The position numbers were made by a program, and so were the translations under genes. 64,000 nucleotides of DNA from Polyangiales bacterium. Lineage in GTDB: Bacteria; Myxococcota_A; Polyangia; Polyangiales; Polyangiaceae. The stretch is from the NCBI GenBank assembly GCA_038230375.1, contig JBBRNJ010000034.1, positions 1 through 64,000 of the forward strand, read 5' to 3'. Every line of letters starts with the position of its first letter. Position 1 is the stretch's first letter. Under the pieces are notes generated by a model that made no database searches, was not told the origin of the DNA, and saw only the letters and a program-made list of their open reading frames with translations. Below are positions 40,936 to 50,022 of the stretch, in pieces.

Positions 40936-41631
40936 TCACTTGTGCGCGCAGGGGCCGCTGGTCGCGACTGACACGTGGCCGCGGTTGGCCTCGCAGCTGT
41001 TGTTGTACGTCTTGCCGTCGCAGCCGCAGACCGGCAGCACGATCATGGGGCAGAGGTCGGGGAGGGGCTCGCAGGTGCCGCTCATGTCGCCGGCGCCGCA
41101 GGCCGCGATCTTGGTGTAGCTGCAGAACTCGGTGGCGCCGCACTGGAGGCCGGCGAACCCGCCGCACATCTTCGGGGCGGGGCTGCTCGCTGCGATGTCG
41201 AGCGTGACGGTGAACGTCTGCGCGGGGGGCGACGTCTCGGCCCAGGGGCGCTGCAGGATGAGCGTGAGCATGTGCTTGCCGCTCTTGCCCGTGGTCTTCC
41301 ACGTGAAGGTGTCGGTGCCGGAGGAGCCGGGCTTGTGCACGTCGCCGGGGGTCGTCGTCTCGACTGCCTTGGTGAGGCCGCCTTCGCCGGTGACCATCCA
41401 CATGTAGCCGGTCGAGGCGTTCTGGCTGAGCGTGAGCACCACCTTCTGACCTGCGGTGACGTGGACCGTCTTCTTGTTGTCGGCGTGCGTGAGCGCGACC
41501 GGCTTGGCAGACGTGACGTCGGCGCTGTTCGAGTCGTCCGCGTTCGCACCTTCATCGGCGCCACCGCAGGCGACGGCGCTGAGCGAGAGAGCAACGAGAG
41601 CAGCGGAGAAGACGAAGTGGATGGGGCGCAT
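40936..41631 (-). CDS. Lipoprotein fusing a chagasin-like (I42) inhibitor domain and a Kazal-type domain
   Basis: NASTGYMW, PGSSG and RPWA (I42 loops); C...LPVCGCDGKTYNNSCEA (Kazal); AVAC lipobox. Confidence 0.85.
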   Translation of the reverse strand: MRPIHFVFSAALVALSLSAVACGGADEGANADDSNSADVTSAKPVALTHADNKKTVHVTAGQKVVLTLSQNASTGYMWMVTGEGGLTKAVETTTPGDVHKPGSSGTDTFTWKTTGKSGKHMLTLILQRPWAETSPPAQTFTVTLDIAASSPAPKMCGGFAGLQCGATEFCSYTKIAACGAGDMSGTCEPLPDLCPMIVLPVCGCDGKTYNNSCEANRGHVSVATSGPCAHK

Positions 41632-41884
41632 GACTGGAGACCTTCTCGGCGGGATGACCCTCGCCGTATGGAGAGTGACGTTGGGTTTCTGGTGGCCGGC
41701 TCATCACCGACGCCGCTTCCTCTACTGCCCGTTTCCCCACGTGCAACCCCAATATCCTACATCGGCGCCAACAGCCGGATAAGTCCCGTCATTTCAATTG
41801 GTTGTGATTGATGAAATCTCGTTCAGCGAACGACGAGTCGGCAGCGAATTTGGCCATTTGCCTACATTTGCGCACCTTGGAGCC

Positions 41885-42913
41885 ATGAGCCTCTTCTCCC
41901 GTCGCCAGCTGCTCACCATGCTCACTGCATCTGCGGTCGTCCTTGGCACCCGTATGTCGATCGCGCATGCGCAAGAGCCGCAAGCTCCGGTCGCGCAGTC
42001 CCGCATCCGCGCGGTGTCGCGTGATGCGCGCGGTGTGACCATCGAGATGGAGCTCACGCATGCGCCGTTCCCCGCGCCGGGCTACGCGTACAAGGACGCG
42101 ACGGTGATCGCGTTCGTGCCGAATCACTTCCGCGCGTCGCACGATGGCCGCGTGTCGGTCCTGGTGCACTTCCACGGTCACACGTCGACCGCGCCGACGG
42201 CGATGGCAGCGCACGAGCTTCGCGAGCAGCTCTACGAGAGCAAGCAGAACGCGATCCTCCTCGTGCCGCAAGGGCCGGTGCTCTCGGCGGACTCGTCTTG
42301 CGGCAAGCTCGAAGAGAACCTGGGGCTCGCGCGCCTGCTCGAGGATGCGCTCCGCACGCTCTCGTCCGAGACGGGGCGCGCCGCGCTCGGTACGTCTGGC
42401 ATCAAGCCGGGGTCGCAGCCAGGCACTGTCTGCATCTCCGCGCACTCGGGCGGCTATCACGCGGCCGCACAGTGCGTATCGAAGGGCGGCGTTCCCGTGA
42501 CCGAGGTCTACCTCTTCGACGCGCTGTATGCAGACACGTCCGTGTTTCGCGACTGGGTGATCGCCGGTCGTGGGCAGTCCGCGAAGTCGCGGCACAAGCT
42601 GGTGCTCTACACGACCGGCGGCACGACCGAAGTGGAGAGCCATCGTCTGCTGGCCGAGCTCTCGCAGGCCGGCGTGCGAACGGCGATCGAGGAGCACGAG
42701 GGCACGCTCAGTCGCGCGGAGCTCACGCTCGCGGAGGTCGTGCTCATCCGCACGCAGCTCTCCCATGGCGCAGTGACACACGAGCTGAACGGCCTGCGCG
42801 ATTGCCTGTACGCGTCGGCCATGCCGCGCCGCCTGCGCACCTCGTGGTTCGACGTGAAGAACGCAGCGCGCCCGCTCGAGCGTCGTCAGACCTCGACGCA
42901 AGGCGGTCGCTGA
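41885..42913 (+). CDS. Tat-exported alpha/beta-hydrolase-like protein
   Basis: SRRQLL twin-arginine signal ending AHA; VHFHGH; SAHSGGY; LFDALY. Confidence 0.72.
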   Translation: MSLFSRRQLLTMLTASAVVLGTRMSIAHAQEPQAPVAQSRIRAVSRDARGVTIEMELTHAPFPAPGYAYKDATVIAFVPNHFRASHDGRVSVLVHFHGHTSTAPTAMAAHELREQLYESKQNAILLVPQGPVLSADSSCGKLEENLGLARLLEDALRTLSSETGRAALGTSGIKPGSQPGTVCISAHSGGYHAAAQCVSKGGVPVTEVYLFDALYADTSVFRDWVIAGRGQSAKSRHKLVLYTTGGTTEVESHRLLAELSQAGVRTAIEEHEGTLSRAELTLAEVVLIRTQLSHGAVTHELNGLRDCLYASAMPRRLRTSWFDVKNAARPLERRQTSTQGGR

Positions 42914-42914
42914 C

Positions 42915-43955
42915 GTGAGCCGCTTCATCAGCATCGCGGTTGGTTTCGTCACTCTCACCTCGGTCGCGTGCAGCTCCTCGTGCGGTGCTCCGAAGGACAC
43001 GCCGGTCGGAACTCCCGCGACGGTTCCGTCGTCCACCGCGGCGAGCCCGCTCGCGTCCACCACTGCCGCACCGAGCGCCGCGGCATCCGCAAACGGCGCG
43101 CCGATCACGCAGCTCAAGCCACGCGGGCGCTCCATGCCGCGCGCGTCGTGCCCACTGACGATCGAGCCGGGCGTGAGCTTCGGTCCCGTGGACCTGGGCG
43201 AGACCAGGGAAGATCTGTTGAAGCTCGGCGCGAAGCCGAAGGGCGAGACCGGCAAGGGAGACAACGAAGTCTTCGAGATCGCAGGGCTCAGCGTCTCGAT
43301 GTGCGGCGGCAAGGTGGTGGACATCTGGCTCGATGATCTGCGGAAGGCGCCCGACTGCGTGACGTACCAGGGCAAGCCCGTCGCGCGTGACGTCGCGCGT
43401 GAGGCCTTCGAGAAGACCCTTGGCGGCTGCGTCGCCACGGCGCCGCGCATCGGCGGCACATTCGAGAAGTGCACGGACGGCGGCGTGTACATCGGACACG
43501 GCATGGGTGACTTCATGCAGGTCCGCGTGTTGCCCCGCGGCGAGGCCTTCGATCTGGACGGCTCGTGTGCGCGTGCGCTGGACGACGGCTCACCGGTCGC
43601 GCTCGACGCGAAGACACGGGCGAAGCTGCTCGAGCAGATTGTCATCCTGGACGTGCTCGCGCCGTACTGGCACGTGAACACGCCGGGCCGCAAGCCGCTG
43701 CGCATCCTGAAGAACCCGGCCTTCGCGGAGAACCCCACGTTCATGATGTTCGGTGAGGACGTGACGTGGATCGAGCGCGCGCAAGTGAAGCCCGGCCTGG
43801 CCTACTTCGACATCACGTCGTTCGTCGCCACGAAGACCAAGGTGCATGTCGAGTTCGCCTATCCCATCGAAGGCGTGCGCGGCTCCGTCGACCTGGTGCC
43901 GGACGGCATGGGCCAGTACCGCGTGGAGAAGCGCGACGCACACGAAACCAAGTAG
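42915..43955 (+). CDS. Hypothetical lipoprotein
   Basis: SVAC lipobox, Ala/Pro/Thr linker; 1 bp after the previous stop. Confidence 0.7.
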   Translation: MSRFISIAVGFVTLTSVACSSSCGAPKDTPVGTPATVPSSTAASPLASTTAAPSAAASANGAPITQLKPRGRSMPRASCPLTIEPGVSFGPVDLGETREDLLKLGAKPKGETGKGDNEVFEIAGLSVSMCGGKVVDIWLDDLRKAPDCVTYQGKPVARDVAREAFEKTLGGCVATAPRIGGTFEKCTDGGVYIGHGMGDFMQVRVLPRGEAFDLDGSCARALDDGSPVALDAKTRAKLLEQIVILDVLAPYWHVNTPGRKPLRILKNPAFAENPTFMMFGEDVTWIERAQVKPGLAYFDITSFVATKTKVHVEFAYPIEGVRGSVDLVPDGMGQYRVEKRDAHETK

Positions 43956-44160
43956 CTAGCGCGCGCGTTGCAACGTGGAGACGTGAGCCCGCGCGCGCAT
44001 GGACCTGTACGGATCCATCGGGTGCTGCTCACCACACGCGGAGGAGACAGCAGCCTTGGATCGCGCCGAAGCACTTGGCTGAATTTCCGGGCAATTCTAG
44101 CGGAAACGAACAGTGTGAATGTCCGACAGTGTGTGGAATGCACCTTGCTTGAGGGCAGCC

Positions 44161-44889
44161 ATGCTCCGCCGTCTACCACTGCCCATTGCGATCTCCCTTG
44201 TCCTCGTTGCCTGTAGCGCCAGCGATGAAGGAGGCAGCGATGGTGATTCGCCGGACGTTGCCATCAGCGGGCTGCAGGTCTCGCCGGACAAGTGCCCGAG
44301 CGATCGCCCGGGCTTCACGGAGCCGACGGACGCGCAGAAGGCAGCGGCAGTGACCGCGCACGTGGGTGTCGATCCGAACGGCATCATCCCCAAGAACCTG
44401 CTCGCCGACGCGCTCGGGTTCCTGGACGTGAACACGGACAAGTTCGACAACCAGCGGTACATGGCGGTCGTCGACTTCTCGAAGTCCAACTCCAAGAAGC
44501 GCTTCTTCCTGGTGAACCTGGAGACGGGCGCGGTGGAAGCCCATCAGGTCGCGCATGGCACCGGCAGCGATCCCGGTCACACCGGAACGCCCACGCGCTT
44601 CGGCAACGTCAACAACTCGTTCATGTCGTCGCTGGGGTACTACCGCACGATGGACACGTACGACGGCAAGCATCCGCACTCGCTGCAGCTGTCCGGTCTG
44701 TCCACCACGAACGATCAGGTGTGCCGGCGCAGCATCATCGTTCACCCTGCGAGCTACGTGCGTGACAACGGACAGGCCACGGGTATGTCGGAAGGTTGCT
44801 TCGCGCTGGATCCGAGCCAGTCAGTTGCGGTCGTGGACAAGCTGAAGCACGGTGGGTTGATCTTCGCGGGGAGAAGCGCGGTCAACTAG
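44161..44889 (+). CDS. Murein L,D-transpeptidase catalytic-domain family lipoprotein (YkuD_2-like)
   Basis: VVDFSKSNSKKRF, VAHGTGS, SSLGYY, IIVHPASY, SEGCFA (His/Cys). Confidence 0.88.
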   Translation: MLRRLPLPIAISLVLVACSASDEGGSDGDSPDVAISGLQVSPDKCPSDRPGFTEPTDAQKAAAVTAHVGVDPNGIIPKNLLADALGFLDVNTDKFDNQRYMAVVDFSKSNSKKRFFLVNLETGAVEAHQVAHGTGSDPGHTGTPTRFGNVNNSFMSSLGYYRTMDTYDGKHPHSLQLSGLSTTNDQVCRRSIIVHPASYVRDNGQATGMSEGCFALDPSQSVAVVDKLKHGGLIFAGRSAVN

Positions 44890-44943
44890 TTCGACTTCGA
44901 CCTCGACCTCGACCTCGACCTCGACCTCGACGATGACCTCGAC
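44890..44943 (+). repeat. Hexamer array (YTCGAC), 9 units, immediately after the TAG stop
   Basis: TTCGAC x2, CTCGAC x5, GATGAC, CTCGAC; CTAG on both sides (44886-44889 and 44944-44947). Confidence 0.93.
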
Positions 44944-44959
44944 CTAGAGTGGCGGGGAC

Positions 44960-46480
44960 ATGTCGAGAGCGATCCATCTTTCCGTTGGGTGCGTGGTGAT
45001 CTTTGCGGCTTGCGGTGAGGCGCCTCCGCTTGCGAAGGTTCCTGCGGCTGGCATGTGCATGGACCCTGGCGCGGATGCCGGTGTTGCAGTGGCGGTGACG
45101 CCGGTGGAGCCGATCCCCGTTGCGTCGGGTGATGCCGGGGCGGTGACCGCGATGCCTCCGTGGATGAGCGCGGCGCTGGAGTCGACTTCGGCGTACGACG
45201 TTGCGCGTTCGCTTTCCGACGAGGTGGGGCCGCGGCTTGCGGGGTCCGAGGGCGACGCTCGCGCGGTGGCGTGGGGCGTGCGCACCATGAATGCGATGGG
45301 CTTCGCGAACGTGCACACGGAGCCCGTCATGGTGCCGGTGTGGAAGCGTGGCGCAGAGTCCGCGGAGATCGTCTCGCCGTCGCACCAGCCGCTCGCGGTG
45401 ACGGCGCTCGGGTGGAGCGGCTCCACGCCCAGGGGCGGTGTGACGGCGGAGGTGATGGAGGTCGACTCCGTCGAGGCGCTGATGAAGCTGCCCAAGGATG
45501 CGGCCAAGGGAAAGATCGTGTTCGCGAACGTGGTCATGCAGCGCACGAACGACGGGATGGGCTACGGCGCTGCAGTGCCTGCGCGCGGGCAAGGGCCGAT
45601 CGCTGCCATGACCGCGGGCGCAGTCGCGTTCATCGTGCGATCGGTGACGCCGAACATGGACCGTTTCCCGCACACCGGCGCGGCCGCGCTGCGTGCGATC
45701 AAGAATCCGCTCCCCGCCGCGGCGATCTCCACGGCCGACGCTGATCTCCTTGCGCGCACGCTCGCGAAGAGCCCGAACGCGAAGGTGCATCTGGCGCTCC
45801 AGTCGGAGCACCCGAAGGACGCGGAGAGCGCGAACGTCGTCGGGGAGATCGCCGGAACGGAGAAGAAGGACGAGATCGTGTTGCTCGGCGCGCATCTGGA
45901 CTCGTGGGACATCGGTCGCGGCGCGCTGGATGATGGCGCGGGCGTCGGTATCGTCATGTCGGCCGCGCAGACGGTGCAGGCACGCGCGCGCGCAGAGGGA
46001 AAGGCGGGCCCAGGTCGTACCGTGCGCGTGGTGCTCTTCGCCGCGGAGGAGAACTCCGTGTCGGGCGGCAAGGCGTATGCAGCCGCGCATCGTGCTCAGG
46101 CGAGCTCGTACGTGCTCGCGATGGAGGCGGACAGCGGCACCGAGCGCGCGCTGTTCGCGCGGTTCATCGGTGACGACGCCGGCAAGGCCACGTTCGCCTC
46201 CGTGGTGAAGGGGCTTGCGCCGCTCGGCATCATGCAGAACGACGGCAATGCGCACGCAGGCACCGACGTGGGGTTCATGGTGGAGGCGGGCGTGCCCACG
46301 ATAGACCTGCGACAGGACGCCACCCGCTACTTCGACGTGCATCACACAGCGGCCGATACCGCCGACAAGCTCGATGTTCGCGCGCTCGCGCAGGTGTCCG
46401 CTGGTTTCGCGCACGTCGTGTACGAGGCGTGCGAGCCGCGCGTTTCTTTCGGGCGCGCACCGCAGAAGAAGCCAGAGTGA
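44960..46480 (+). CDS. M28-family metallopeptidase with PA domain (carboxypeptidase Q-like)
   Basis: VGPRLAGS, GAHLDSWD, ALDDGAG, FAAEE, YFDVHHT..DT.DK. Confidence 0.92.
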   Translation: MSRAIHLSVGCVVIFAACGEAPPLAKVPAAGMCMDPGADAGVAVAVTPVEPIPVASGDAGAVTAMPPWMSAALESTSAYDVARSLSDEVGPRLAGSEGDARAVAWGVRTMNAMGFANVHTEPVMVPVWKRGAESAEIVSPSHQPLAVTALGWSGSTPRGGVTAEVMEVDSVEALMKLPKDAAKGKIVFANVVMQRTNDGMGYGAAVPARGQGPIAAMTAGAVAFIVRSVTPNMDRFPHTGAAALRAIKNPLPAAAISTADADLLARTLAKSPNAKVHLALQSEHPKDAESANVVGEIAGTEKKDEIVLLGAHLDSWDIGRGALDDGAGVGIVMSAAQTVQARARAEGKAGPGRTVRVVLFAAEENSVSGGKAYAAAHRAQASSYVLAMEADSGTERALFARFIGDDAGKATFASVVKGLAPLGIMQNDGNAHAGTDVGFMVEAGVPTIDLRQDATRYFDVHHTAADTADKLDVRALAQVSAGFAHVVYEACEPRVSFGRAPQKKPE

Positions 46481-46510
46481 CGAGCCCCGCGACACGGTAG
46501 ACTGCCGCAT

Positions 46511-47371
46511 GTGAGGCGCCCGCCCGAGCCCGACCTGACGCAGCGTCTCCAGCTCACGGAGCGCGCGCGGCGCGTGCGCGAGCGAATCCTGGACGTCACG
46601 TGGACGTCCGGCAGCGGGCACGTGGGCGGCGCGCTGTCCGAAGCGGACGTGCTGGTCGCCCTGTATTTCTCGGCGCTCCGCGTGGATCCGAAGAGACCCG
46701 CATGGCCGGAGCGCGACCGCTTCGTCCTTTCAAAGGGACACGGTGGGCTCGGGCTTGCCGTCACGCTGTGCGAGCGCGGGTTCATATCGGACGCGGACCT
46801 CGCCGCGTTCGGTGAGTCGTTCCACGCGGTGGGCATGCACATGGATCACGCTCGCGTGCCCGGCGTCGAGGTGTCCACCGGCTCGCTCGGGCATGGGCTT
46901 GGTGTGTCGGTGGGCATCGCGCTGGGCGCAAAGATGCAGAATGCATCCTTTCGCACCGTGTGCCTCCTCTCCGACGGCGAGTGCTACGAGGGCAGCACGT
47001 GGGAGGCCGCGATGTCCGCGCCCGCGCTGGGGCTTACGGGCCTTGTCGCGGTGGTCGATCGCAATCGCCTCACGATGGATGGCGACACGGAGTCGGAGGT
47101 TCCGCTCGAGCCGCTCGCCGAAAAGTGGCGCGCATTCGGCTGGCGCGTCGTCACATGCGATGGCCACGACATGGACGCGCTGTGCGCTGCGTTGTTCGGC
47201 GCGTTCGCGGACGGCGCGGCCGGGCCCACCGTGATCATCGCGGAGACAGTGAAGGGCAAAGGCGTGTCGTTCATGGAGCACCGGCCCGAGTGGCACTACG
47301 GCGCGCTTGATTCTTCGATGTATGCCCGAGCGCTGGCGGACGTTCGCCGCAGCGCGCGAGAAATCCCATGA
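46511..47371 (+). CDS. Transketolase, N-terminal (TPP-binding) subunit
   Basis: SGHVGG, RDRFVLSKGH, STGSLGHG, SDGECYEGSTWEA...DRN, TVKGKG. Confidence 0.92.
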   Translation: MRRPPEPDLTQRLQLTERARRVRERILDVTWTSGSGHVGGALSEADVLVALYFSALRVDPKRPAWPERDRFVLSKGHGGLGLAVTLCERGFISDADLAAFGESFHAVGMHMDHARVPGVEVSTGSLGHGLGVSVGIALGAKMQNASFRTVCLLSDGECYEGSTWEAAMSAPALGLTGLVAVVDRNRLTMDGDTESEVPLEPLAEKWRAFGWRVVTCDGHDMDALCAALFGAFADGAAGPTVIIAETVKGKGVSFMEHRPEWHYGALDSSMYARALADVRRSAREIP

Positions 47372-47384
47372 TGCGAGGCACGTC

Positions 47385-49262
47385 ATGGCGCGCGTGAAGG
47401 GCTTCACGTGGACGGTGGCGGACCACGAGCTCTTGTCGTCATCCGATGCGTGGGGCGACACGCTTGTCGATCTCGCACTCGAGGACGCGCGCGTGGTGGC
47501 GGTGACCGCGGATCTGGGCACCACCACGAAGCTTGCGCGCATGCGGCGCGAGATGCCCGCGCGCTTCGTCAACGTGGGCGTGGCGGAGCAGAACCTGATG
47601 GCGGTCGCCGCGGGGCTCGCGTCCACGGGGCTCACACCGGTGGTGTGCACGTACGCGACCTTTGCGGCGCTGCGAGCGGCGGAGTTCGTGCGCACGGACA
47701 TCGCGTACAACGCGCGCAATGTGAAGATCATCGGCACGCTCGCGGGCGTGGCGTTCGGTCAGGGCGGACCCACGCATCATACGCTCGAAGACCTGGCGTT
47801 CCTGCGCGCGATCCCCGGGCTCGTCGTGCTCTCGCCGCGTGACGGCGACGAGATGTGCTGCGCCCTGCGAGCGGCGCTGGCACACGAGGGCCCCGTGTAC
47901 ATCCGCTACGGACGTGGAACGGAGGAGCCGATCGCGCGCACCGCACCGTTCGCGATCGGTCGCGCGGAGCTGTTGCGCGAAGGAGCGGATGTCGGGCTGA
48001 TCGCGACCGGCGTCACCGTGGCGGAGGCCATGCGCGCAGCGGACAGGCTCGCGCAGCACGGGATCGAGGCGACAGTGCAGGCACACGCTTCACTATCGCC
48101 GTTCGACGCGGACGCAGTGCTGTCGTTGGCAAAGCGTGTCCCGCGCATCATCACCGTGGAGGACCACAGCGTGAACGGCGGCCTGGGAGGCGCAGTGTGC
48201 GAGGTGATCGCGGGCGCCGGGATTGCGTGCAGAGTGCACCGATTGGGGCACCAGGGGCGCTGGCTGGGGATGGGGGTGCCAGAGGACCTGATGCATGAGG
48301 GCGGGTTCGATGAGGACGCGATCGTGGGAGAGGCGAGGAAAGCGACCTCGACGACGACAGCTTCGACAACGACCTCGACGACGACAGCTTCGACAACGAC
48401 CTCGACAACGACCTCGACCTCGACCCCGACCTCGACAACGACCTCGACCTCGACAACGACCTCGACCTTCGATCCTGATCGTTGCAGGGCGCATGTCTTT
48501 CTCTCTGCGCTTCTTCCTCTCCTCGAGCTCGTGTGCCGGTCGCGGCCTTCGGTTGCCGAGCGGGTGGGTCGTACGGGTGGGGTTGTGTTGCTCGAGGTGG
48601 CTGGGACGGAGCTTGCTGCTCGCGTGTGTTTCCGTGCGGACGGGCTTCGGGTGGAGGAGGGGCGGGGTGACGCGGATGTCCGGTGCTCGTGGTCGGATTC
48701 GCGTGCTCTCGCTCGGTTCTTTGCGGGGAAGCCGTCGCTGCCTCGCGTGACGCCGCTCTTCGGGGTCGCGAGCGCGCGGCTTTGCGCCCGCACGGTGGGG
48801 CTGCTCTCGGAGCTCTCTGTCCTGGAGCCGCAGAGCGAGCGCGCGCGTGCTCGGCTCTCGTCGGAGGAGAAGGCGATCCGTGTGGGGCTGATCCTGTCGC
48901 TCGTGCCGCGCGCGCTCACCGCGCTACACGAGGGCGGGTATCCGAAGATGCGTGCCTTCGCGGCGCGCAGCCCTGAGCGCGTCTATCAGTGGAGCGTCAC
49001 GGGAACGGACATCGCATCGTACCTGCACGTGCACGACGGTGCCGTGCGCTGTGGGCCCGGAGTCCACGACGGTCGCGCCGCGTTCGTGTCGTTCGTGTTC
49101 GCGGATGCAGAGGCCGCGTTCGACATCCTCACGTCGGAGCAGAGCTCGATGCGCGGCTTTCGCGCCGGCTCGGTGGCCACGTACGGCAGCCCCGAATACG
49201 CAAGGAAGGTGAGCCTCTTGATGCAGGAGATGGACGCGTTCCTGCGCGAAGACCAGCGATGA
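47385..49262 (+). CDS. Transketolase C-terminal subunit fused via a Thr/Ser repeat to two SCP2-like domains
   Basis: VTADL, NVGVAEQN, GGPTHH..ED, GPVYIR, TVEDH..GGLG; about 42-aa Thr/Ser linker; C-terminal regions resembling SCP2 (SCP2 call is inference). Confidence 0.8.
   Translation: MARVKGFTWTVADHELLSSSDAWGDTLVDLALEDARVVAVTADLGTTTKLARMRREMPARFVNVGVAEQNLMAVAAGLASTGLTPVVCTYATFAALRAAEFVRTDIAYNARNVKIIGTLAGVAFGQGGPTHHTLEDLAFLRAIPGLVVLSPRDGDEMCCALRAALAHEGPVYIRYGRGTEEPIARTAPFAIGRAELLREGADVGLIATGVTVAEAMRAADRLAQHGIEATVQAHASLSPFDADAVLSLAKRVPRIITVEDHSVNGGLGGAVCEVIAGAGIACRVHRLGHQGRWLGMGVPEDLMHEGGFDEDAIVGEARKATSTTTASTTTSTTTASTTTSTTTSTSTPTSTTTSTSTTTSTFDPDRCRAHVFLSALLPLLELVCRSRPSVAERVGRTGGVVLLEVAGTELAARVCFRADGLRVEEGRGDADVRCSWSDSRALARFFAGKPSLPRVTPLFGVASARLCARTVGLLSELSVLEPQSERARARLSSEEKAIRVGLILSLVPRALTALHEGGYPKMRAFAARSPERVYQWSVTGTDIASYLHVHDGAVRCGPGVHDGRAAFVSFVFADAEAAFDILTSEQSSMRGFRAGSVATYGSPEYARKVSLLMQEMDAFLREDQR
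48343..48470 (+). repeat. Degenerate CTCGAC/ACGAC array translated as a Thr/Ser linker
   Basis: ACCTCGACGACGACAGCTTCGACAACG duplicated, then CTCGAC/AACGAC/CCCGAC units. Confidence 0.92.
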
Positions 49263-49275
49263 GGAGACGGGGCGC

Positions 49276-49851
49276 TTACCTGACGTTGAAGCTGAAGCCG
49301 ATGGTCTGCTGACAGAACGCCGCACCGGCGAGGTCCGAGGCCGAGGTGTCGAGCGCCGCGCTCGGATCACCGCTGGCGCCGAACATGAAGCGGCCCTCGA
49401 TGTACCGGCGGCCCTCCTTGTTGGGGAACGTGAAGGTCTGGTTCACATCGTACCGAACCGTATCGGTGCCCGAGTTCTTGACCTTGTGAAACGATTGCAC
49501 CAGCGCGTCGGTCGCCGGTAGCTTGCCCGAGTAGGAGGTGATCTCCACGGCGCGGACGTTGATGCTCGACATGGTCACCGCGCCAAACCAGACCACGACG
49601 CGGACCTTGAGTTCGTCGGTGTGGCAAATCTTGTCGTCGCCCGGCAAGGTCTCGTCCCACGAATCCATCGCCTCCAATCCAGTGCGCAGTGAGTCGATGA
49701 AGTAGCCATCCTCCTGGATGCGCCCGTCGCTCTCGCCGAGCGTGGAGTTGTTCGCGCCCAGCGACTCGCTGGATGACGAACCGCATCCGGTCGTGGTCGC
49801 GATGGACGCAACAAGCGCGAGACAGGCGATGGGGGCGGAGTGGTGTTTCAT
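49276..49851 (-). CDS. Hypothetical lipoprotein
   Basis: MKHHSAPIACLALVASIATTTGC signal; 3' part of ORF 49276..50991. Confidence 0.65.
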   Translation of the reverse strand: MKHHSAPIACLALVASIATTTGCGSSSSESLGANNSTLGESDGRIQEDGYFIDSLRTGLEAMDSWDETLPGDDKICHTDELKVRVVVWFGAVTMSSINVRAVEITSYSGKLPATDALVQSFHKVKNSGTDTVRYDVNQTFTFPNKEGRRYIEGRFMFGASGDPSAALDTSASDLAGAAFCQQTIGFSFNVR

Positions 49852-50022
49852 TGACGAGACATGCAGCACCGACCGTGCCACCAACGAGAGGCCCATTTCT
49901 CCCGCAAAACGACCGTTCTTGCTCCTCCCATCGAACGTCGATCGCACTATCGGTGCGCCGTCACGATCCACTGGATCGCTCAACCGCGCCGTGAGCGATC
50001 GTCGTCCCGGGGCGCATGTGGG

